DNA of 32,000 nucleotides from Hyperthermus butylicus DSM 5456 (GTDB taxonomy: Archaea > Thermoproteota > Thermoprotei_A > Sulfolobales > Pyrodictiaceae): the NCBI RefSeq assembly GCF_000015145.1, contig NC_008818.1, positions 810,001 to 842,000 of the forward strand. Reading direction: 5' to 3'. The position numbers and the translations under genes were made by a program. Position 1 is the stretch's first letter, and each line of letters opens with the position of its first letter. This document shows positions 26,750 to 32,000 of this stretch, one piece after another. Below the pieces are notes generated by a model. It was given only the letters and a program-made list of their open reading frames with translations. It had not been told where the DNA came from and did no database searches.

Positions 26750-27808
26750 ATGTACTATGACGAGGTCTTCAGACTTCATGAGCCTCCGTATGGTTCACAC
26801 CCAGAGAGCCCGGAAAGGCTAGCAATAGCGCTGGAATCGCTGGCCAAGACGGGGCTCTATACGCTGGTGCATATACAGCCAGCGCCTAGGCGTGGCCTGG
26901 AGCGGGATAGGATACTTGAAGTACACGATCCAGCCTATGTCGAGAAGGTTGAGGAGCTTGCTGGACGTGGCGGCGGCTACATAGACCCAGACACCTACGT
27001 TGGGAAGTACACCATACTCGCAGCCCATGCATACACAGCCTCAGTGCTCGATGCCGTTGACAAGCTAGTTGAGGGAGACTGCAACATAGCTATAGTACTC
27101 GGACGTCCACCGGGACACCACGCCGGCCGTCGCGGCGTCGCAATGGGGGCTCCAACGCTGGGCTTCTGTATATTCAACATCTCGGCACTAGCAGCAAAAC
27201 ACGCTGCCAACCGCGGCGAGAACGTGCTAGTTGTAGACTTCGACCTGCACCACGGCAATGGGACCCAAGACATACTCTACAGTGATGAAAGGATTGTACA
27301 CCTAGACTTACACCAGGATCCTTCAACAATATATCCTGGCACGGGCTGGCCATGGGAGAACGGGTCTGGGAGGGCTAGGGGTACAAAGCTAAATGTTATA
27401 GTGCCTGTTGACGCTGGAGACGATGTCTATATGATGCTGTTCCAGAGGGGCTTAGAGCTTGCACAAGCAGTACAGGGAAGTCCGAGCCTAGTCATTGTTG
27501 ATGCCGGGTTTGACGCCTATGCAGGTGATGGGTTTGGCATGTTGTACCTCACAACGAACACGTACTACGAGCTGGGCACTACGCTGAGAAGAATGAGGAC
27601 ACGGATACTCGTCGTGCTTGAGGGTGGCTATAGTATTGGGCTGAGGAGGGCCCTACCAGCATTCATCGCGGGCCTGCTTGGCGAGGCCAACCCGTATCCA
27701 GAGAAGAGGAGCGAGAGCCGCGACGCGGTGTGGAGGACTGCACTGGAGAACTTTGAGCGACTTGAAAAAGCAATAGCAGAGGCAAAGAGAAATGCTGGCA
27801 GGTTCTAG
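26750..27808 (+). CDS. histone deacetylase-family protein (AcuC / acetylpolyamine amidohydrolase-like)
   Basis: Shows GRPPGHHAGRRG, DFDLHHGNGTQDI, GFDAYAGD and LEGGY, the zinc-deacetylase catalytic set. ATG 26750 is preferred over GTG 26723, and a TATA-like CTATATAG lies at 26705-26712. Confidence 0.85.
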   Translation: MYYDEVFRLHEPPYGSHPESPERLAIALESLAKTGLYTLVHIQPAPRRGLERDRILEVHDPAYVEKVEELAGRGGGYIDPDTYVGKYTILAAHAYTASVLDAVDKLVEGDCNIAIVLGRPPGHHAGRRGVAMGAPTLGFCIFNISALAAKHAANRGENVLVVDFDLHHGNGTQDILYSDERIVHLDLHQDPSTIYPGTGWPWENGSGRARGTKLNVIVPVDAGDDVYMMLFQRGLELAQAVQGSPSLVIVDAGFDAYAGDGFGMLYLTTNTYYELGTTLRRMRTRILVVLEGGYSIGLRRALPAFIAGLLGEANPYPEKRSESRDAVWRTALENFERLEKAIAEAKRNAGRF

Positions 27809-27810
27809 CT

Positions 27811-30027
27811 CTAGAAGGGTGATATGAAGTCCTCCGGCTTTGGCGGCTCTGGCGGCAGACCCTTCCTTTCACGTATCTTCTTCACTAGGTCCATTAACAT
27901 GTTGTCTGGTACGGGTGCCCACCTGCTGAACTCTGTGCCCCAGAATGCTCTGCCTTGTGTAGCGCTCCTAAGCTCTGGCGCCAGGTCGAAGCTCTCGGCT
28001 ACCGGTATCTCCGCTATAATCCTCATCATTAGACCATACTCCTTCATGTCTATTATCTTGCCGCGCCTCCTAGATATGACTGCTATCACGTTGCTTACAT
28101 ACTCCTGTGGTACACGAATGTCCAGCTTCTGTATGGGCTCGAGCAGTGTTGGTTTAGCTGTGAGCATACCGGCGAATATTGCGTTCCTAACAGCTGGGTA
28201 GATCTGGGCTGGGCCCCTGTGTGCGGGGTCCTCGTGTATCACTGCATCGTGCAGTACCACCTTGATGCCGCGAACAGGCTCCTTGGCTAGTGGACCCTCC
28301 TTCATTGCTAGGCGGAAGCCCTGGATAATAGTGTCCTTTACCTCACGTAGGTGCTGTACACCGGTTGTCTTGTCTACAAAGACATTGATGTTCTCATCGA
28401 TAGCCCATATCCTCTTGGCCTCGTCGTAGTCCCAGCCTGCCTTCTCCTTTAGTATCTTAGCCCTCTCATACGGATCCTGGTCCTCGCGGACAACACCAGA
28501 CTGTATGAGCTTTATTGTCTCCTCGTCAAGCGGCTCAACGCTTATGTATAGCTTGTTGTGCTTGTTGGGGCTCTTGCCCTCGAATACCTGGCTCTTAGCC
28601 CTAATGGTCTCTCTGTACACTACTATTGGCGGGCTTGTCTTTACCTCGAGGCCAAAGTTCTCCTTTAGCCACCATACAGCAATCTCAATGTGCAGTGGAC
28701 CCATACCGCTTAAGAGGTACTCGCCGGTCTCCTGGTTGATCTTTACCTGTAGCGTTGGGTCCTCAATGCTTAGCTTGTAGAGGGCGTCAATAAGCTTTGG
28801 CAAGTCCTTCGGGTCCTTCGGCTCGATGGCTACCGTTACTACTGGCTCTGATACGTACTTCAGCTGCTCGAATGGTGACACCTTCTCCTTCCACTCAACA
28901 GCAACAGCTGTCTCACCAGCACGTGCATCCTCGAGGCCAAGGGCAGCACCAATGTTACCTGCTGGGATCTCGTCTACAACTTCACGGTCTGGACCCATGT
29001 AGATGCTTACCTGTAACACCTTGGCCTGCTTCTTAGCGTTTATCAGCCAGACCTCCTCGCCCTGCCTTAGGGTACCGCTGAATATCCTGCCAGTTGCTAC
29101 TAGCCTCCTTATCTTCGGGTCGACCCTCATGAATGATATCGCATAGACCAGTGGGCCGTTGGGATCAGCCTCTAGCATTGCCTTACCTACTTCACTATTG
29201 ATGTCGCCCCTCCATATCTTTGGTATCCTGTATCTCTGAGCATCCCTCGGATTCGGTATGAACTTGACCACTGCGTCTAGTAGCGCTTCATGGAGTGGTG
29301 CAACCTTCGTGGCGAACTCTTCTACTGCATCCTTACCCTTCTTGTATGCTTCAATAATATCGCTGAACTTTATCCCCTTCTTCTGGGCCATCGGGATACT
29401 TATGCCCCACTTGTCACGTGCACTACCGAAGATCACCATACCGCTTGTTGGGTTTAGCAGCCACTTCTCCCTGAACTCTGGATCAGCGTAGAGGCGTATC
29501 AGGTTGTTGACCTCCTTTATTATCTCTATGAAGCGCTGCTGTATCTGCTGGGGAGTGTACTTTAGCTCCTTTATCAGCCTGTCGACCTTGTTTATGAATA
29601 GTATCGGTCTTACTCTCTCTTCGAGGCTCTGCCTCAGCACGGTTTCAGTCTGGGGCATCACACCCTCAACAGCATCTACGACCAGGATAGCACCGTCCAT
29701 CAGCCTTAGGCTCCTGGTCACGTGGCCGGAGAAGTCTACGTGGCCGGGGGTGTCTACGAGGTTGATTACGTATGGCTTGCCCTGGTACTCGTGGTAGAGG
29801 CTTATGTTTGCCGACTTTACCGTGATGCCTCTCTGCTGCTCTACCTTGAGGTAGTCTAGTGCTAGCGCCTCACCCGCGATACGCTGCGAGATAATACCAG
29901 CGGCTGCTAGTAGCGAGTCGCTAGTCGTCGTCTTGCCGTGGTCTACATGGGCAACGATACCAATGTTACGTATCCGCTCGATGTTATTCATTATCTTTAG
30001 GATTTCGTCTACATGCTTGACACGCAT
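27811..30027 (-). CDS. fusA: translation elongation factor 2 (aEF-2)
   Basis: G-domain [17 protein letters not shown] and NKVD motifs, with the diphthamide-site region [11 protein letters not shown]. 738 aa. Confidence 0.95.
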   Translation of the reverse strand: MRVKHVDEILKIMNNIERIRNIGIVAHVDHGKTTTSDSLLAAAGIISQRIAGEALALDYLKVEQQRGITVKSANISLYHEYQGKPYVINLVDTPGHVDFSGHVTRSLRLMDGAILVVDAVEGVMPQTETVLRQSLEERVRPILFINKVDRLIKELKYTPQQIQQRFIEIIKEVNNLIRLYADPEFREKWLLNPTSGMVIFGSARDKWGISIPMAQKKGIKFSDIIEAYKKGKDAVEEFATKVAPLHEALLDAVVKFIPNPRDAQRYRIPKIWRGDINSEVGKAMLEADPNGPLVYAISFMRVDPKIRRLVATGRIFSGTLRQGEEVWLINAKKQAKVLQVSIYMGPDREVVDEIPAGNIGAALGLEDARAGETAVAVEWKEKVSPFEQLKYVSEPVVTVAIEPKDPKDLPKLIDALYKLSIEDPTLQVKINQETGEYLLSGMGPLHIEIAVWWLKENFGLEVKTSPPIVVYRETIRAKSQVFEGKSPNKHNKLYISVEPLDEETIKLIQSGVVREDQDPYERAKILKEKAGWDYDEAKRIWAIDENINVFVDKTTGVQHLREVKDTIIQGFRLAMKEGPLAKEPVRGIKVVLHDAVIHEDPAHRGPAQIYPAVRNAIFAGMLTAKPTLLEPIQKLDIRVPQEYVSNVIAVISRRRGKIIDMKEYGLMMRIIAEIPVAESFDLAPELRSATQGRAFWGTEFSRWAPVPDNMLMDLVKKIRERKGLPPEPPKPEDFISPF

Positions 30028-30070
30028 ACCCTACTAACACCCGGTGAAGGGGCGAGTAACGGTCCCCGGG

Positions 30071-30077
30071 TTATAAA
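30071..30077 (-). promoter_or_regulatory. TATA box (minus strand reads TTTATAA) about 44-50 nt upstream of the aEF-2 ATG
   Basis: Read directly. The spacing implies a leader of roughly 20 nt. Confidence 0.45.
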
Positions 30078-30137
30078 GTACTGGGCTCTCTCTTGTTGCC
30101 CCACCCGGCTCCCGCTCCATGGGCGTCAGGATTGCTG

Positions 30138-30836
30138 CTACTCCCGCTCTGCTTTGGAAGACGTATATGGAGCATGTATTACGCGGTACACCTTTACGGC
30201 TCTCTCATAGCCAAGAACCTTCTCAAGCTCAACTATTGATGCTCTGCATATAGCCTCTATACTGCCGAATTTTTCAAGGAGCCTCTCCGCGAGCCTAGGC
30301 CCTATGCCGGGCAGGCTCTGGACAACATATAGCTGCTGCATCCACAGCTTCTCGAGCCTCGGCTTCCTATGTATAACCACGGGCCTCTGCTTCAGAGCCT
30401 GCTCACGACACGCAACACTATAGATTATTTTTGCTGACTCTTCCGGACCACTGCTCCAGACGATCCTTACACTATAGTCGAGGCTTATCGCCAATAGGGC
30501 AAGCTTAACCTGCAATGCACGCGAGGTAACCCTTTCCAGCTCTGCTGGGTCACCCTCAACGAGTATTATTGGGACTTCATAGTGCTCGCTCAGCCTTCTA
30601 GCCTGGTCGTAGAGCCTGCCATCGAAAAGGCTTGCTGCAAGGTCGTGCATGGTCTTCCTCTCGAATGCAACCCTATCCGAAACAATGTAATCGCCGACAC
30701 CTGCAACAGTGTAGATTACGGCTGCACCCATCTCCCTCAATAAGCGGGGAATGGGGCTAGCCTTCTCCCTCTCGTCAACGTAGACCCGCGGCCTACTACA
30801 CTCGGGCAAGAGCTGTACCCCGTTTAGCTGCTGCAC
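30138..30836 (-). CDS. short crenarchaeal-type XPF/ERCC4 structure-specific endonuclease
   Basis: ERCC4 nuclease motif VDEREK...GDYIVSDRVAFERK, plus a C-terminal (HhH)2 LPGIGPRLAERLLEKFGS. 232 aa with no helicase domain. Confidence 0.85.
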   Translation of the reverse strand: MQQLNGVQLLPECSRPRVYVDEREKASPIPRLLREMGAAVIYTVAGVGDYIVSDRVAFERKTMHDLAASLFDGRLYDQARRLSEHYEVPIILVEGDPAELERVTSRALQVKLALLAISLDYSVRIVWSSGPEESAKIIYSVACREQALKQRPVVIHRKPRLEKLWMQQLYVVQSLPGIGPRLAERLLEKFGSIEAICRASIVELEKVLGYERAVKVYRVIHAPYTSSKAERE

Positions 30837-31063
30837 AACCCGTTAATAGCTTGTAAACCATGGAGCTAGGATGCCCTGGAGGGGCTGTGAGGAATACGCT
30901 AGAGGCCGACACGAAACCCCGGGAGAGTCGCGTGAGGATAGTCCGGCGCACCGAGCCCTTCAAGCATTGCTTGGACCTGCTGTGGCAGCAAGTTTTAGGG
31001 GTTCAGCACCGGGTACCCCGGGCCTGGGGTAGGACTTAGACTAGGGCTGCGAGGGGGGATGCC

Positions 31064-31582
31064 TTGGCTAAGACTAGTGGGCGTAAGAAAAAGGAGCCCG
31101 TGAGCGGCACGAAGAAGGAGCTTGTCATACAGACTAGACCCGCCATAACAAGGGACCAGGTCGAGAAGGATGAGAGGAAGCGTCGCCTCCTCCTAGTGTT
31201 AAAGGCTATGGAGGACCAGGGCGGCATATATGAGAGGAGTCTAGCCCACCTAGTCTACTGGCTACAGAAGGAGAAGGACTTCGACCTAGGCTACAACTTC
31301 TACCTTGTAGGCGACGTACCAATATCTAAGGAGCTACACGAGGACATTGTGGCACTACTCTATGTGGGCCTCGCCGAGACCGACCCCAAGACCAAGAAGC
31401 TTAGGCTTACAAGCGACGGGAAGGAGTTCCTAGAAACCAAGGGTTACGACAAGGAGTTCTATGATAAACTACAAGCAGCCATAGACGAGTATAAACCGAA
31501 GATAGCAGCTATAGATGCACAGATAGAACTCACAACGATACTCTCCAGGCCACGTGCAGCCCGGAGAAGGAGGCTCTTCTAG
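31064..31582 (+). CDS. hypothetical basic protein, possible winged-helix (YwgA/DUF4065-like pattern)
   Basis: 172-aa ORF from TTG, with Lys/Arg-rich termini. The central LAHLVYWLQKE...YNFYLVGDVPISKELHEDIVALLYVGLAE recalls the KLxKLxY...GPxSxxLxxDxxxLxxxGL pattern. Both the start codon and the family assignment are uncertain. Confidence 0.4.
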   Translation: MAKTSGRKKKEPVSGTKKELVIQTRPAITRDQVEKDERKRRLLLVLKAMEDQGGIYERSLAHLVYWLQKEKDFDLGYNFYLVGDVPISKELHEDIVALLYVGLAETDPKTKKLRLTSDGKEFLETKGYDKEFYDKLQAAIDEYKPKIAAIDAQIELTTILSRPRAARRRRLF

Positions 31583-31717
31583 CCTTCCCACATCCGCACC
31601 TTTTCCATCCTCCCCGCCTAATCCTGCCTCCCGCTGTACTGCTGCGCCGCGTTAGCGATAACCCCCTCCCCAAAGACACTCCTACCATATCTCTACACGG
31701 CGGGGGGTCAGGGCCCC

Positions 31718-31770
31718 GGCGACGCCGCCGCTGGCGGCTGGGTGAGCCGGGAGACGAATTGCACGTCGCC
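31718..31770. other. G+C-rich nested hairpin in the spacer after the 172-aa ORF
   Basis: Outer GGCGAC 31718-31723 / GTCGCC 31765-31770. Inner GCCGCC 31724-31729 / GGCGGC 31733-31738 (loop GCT). Preceded by a strongly C/T-rich tract at 31583-31680. Confidence 0.3.
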
Positions 31771-31791
31771 CACCATTCCTCCATTACCGTC

Positions 31792-32000
31792 CTAGGGTTC
31801 TAGGAGTGATATGAAGAAGCCCTGGGTCTGGTGCAGGCTTGGCAGGAACCTTGCCGTCTTGCGGGCTACATCACCGTAAACAGCATAGCCATGGGCGGCG
31901 GGGATTCTTGGTCTCCGTAGGCTTGCTGCGCCACGCTCAATAATCTTTACTACCTGCTCCTCACCCTCCATGGGTAGGATGCTGCAGACAGCATAGACTG
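31792..32000 (-). CDS. hypothetical protein, C-terminal fragment entering from beyond the window end
   Basis: Open frame 31998 -> stop TAG (31794-31792). Translates as ...VYAVCSILPMEGEEQVVKIIERGAASLRRPRIPAAHGYAVYGDVARKTARFLPSLHQTQGFFISLLEP. Not in the track. No family recognised. Confidence 0.35.
   Translation of the reverse strand, partial: VYAVCSILPMEGEEQVVKIIERGAASLRRPRIPAAHGYAVYGDVARKTARFLPSLHQTQGFFISLLEP

Noticed and set aside
30934-30946. RNase P RNA gene inferred from the CR-I-like GAGGATAGTCCGG
   Set aside because: Not called as a feature. No CR-II to CR-V words are found, the P4 bulged U is not reproduced and the spacer is too short for a type-A RNA. It is kept only as a finding to be tested with a covariance model.
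31530-31784. 84-aa minus-strand ORF (Arg/Gly/Pro-rich)
   Set aside because: It is a low-complexity translation of the purine-rich strand of a structured spacer and overlaps the 3' end of the 172-aa ORF. It looks like a compositional artefact.

Overview
The window reads as a compact, mostly housekeeping chromosomal segment of a hyperthermophilic crenarchaeon. This is an inference from a single-OB crenarchaeal-type SSB, a short XPF nuclease, a stand-alone aEF-2, an intron-containing tRNA-Gln with an A1:U72 pair, many GTG/TTG starts and G+C-rich RNA-like islands.

Gene content, left to right:
- homoserine kinase (frameshifted), divergent from a PLP Cys/Met-family enzyme
- a DUF5591-like protein
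- a cyclase-family protein (3' frameshift)
- a Gly/Ala-rich membrane protein
- a minus-strand Opp/Dpp-type ABC operon: 978-aa binding protein, two permeases (one frameshifted) and a single ATPase
- two divergent small sequon-rich anchored proteins
- ssb, cdd, gcvT, a DUF1611-like protein, a 133-aa orphan and gatB
- tRNA-Gln(UUG) with an intron
- a hemL-hemC-cobA-hemD operon
- an unannotated 53-aa C2H2 zinc finger, downstream of a 484-aa protein with a divergent Bud32/RIO-like kinase fold
- an HDAC-family deacetylase, aEF-2, XPF and a 172-aa basic protein

I found no CRISPR array, transposase, integrase or recognisable defence or toxin genes.

The things most worth a second look:
1. the kinase-like protein, C2H2 finger and HDAC cluster
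2. six G+C-rich, helix-forming islands in unusually long non-coding spacers that I could not assign to any known RNA family
3. three 1-nt frameshifts within the first 7 kb, two of them at G/C homopolymers
4. the divergent pair of small anchored surface proteins

All functional calls come from motif recognition by eye. No searches were run.
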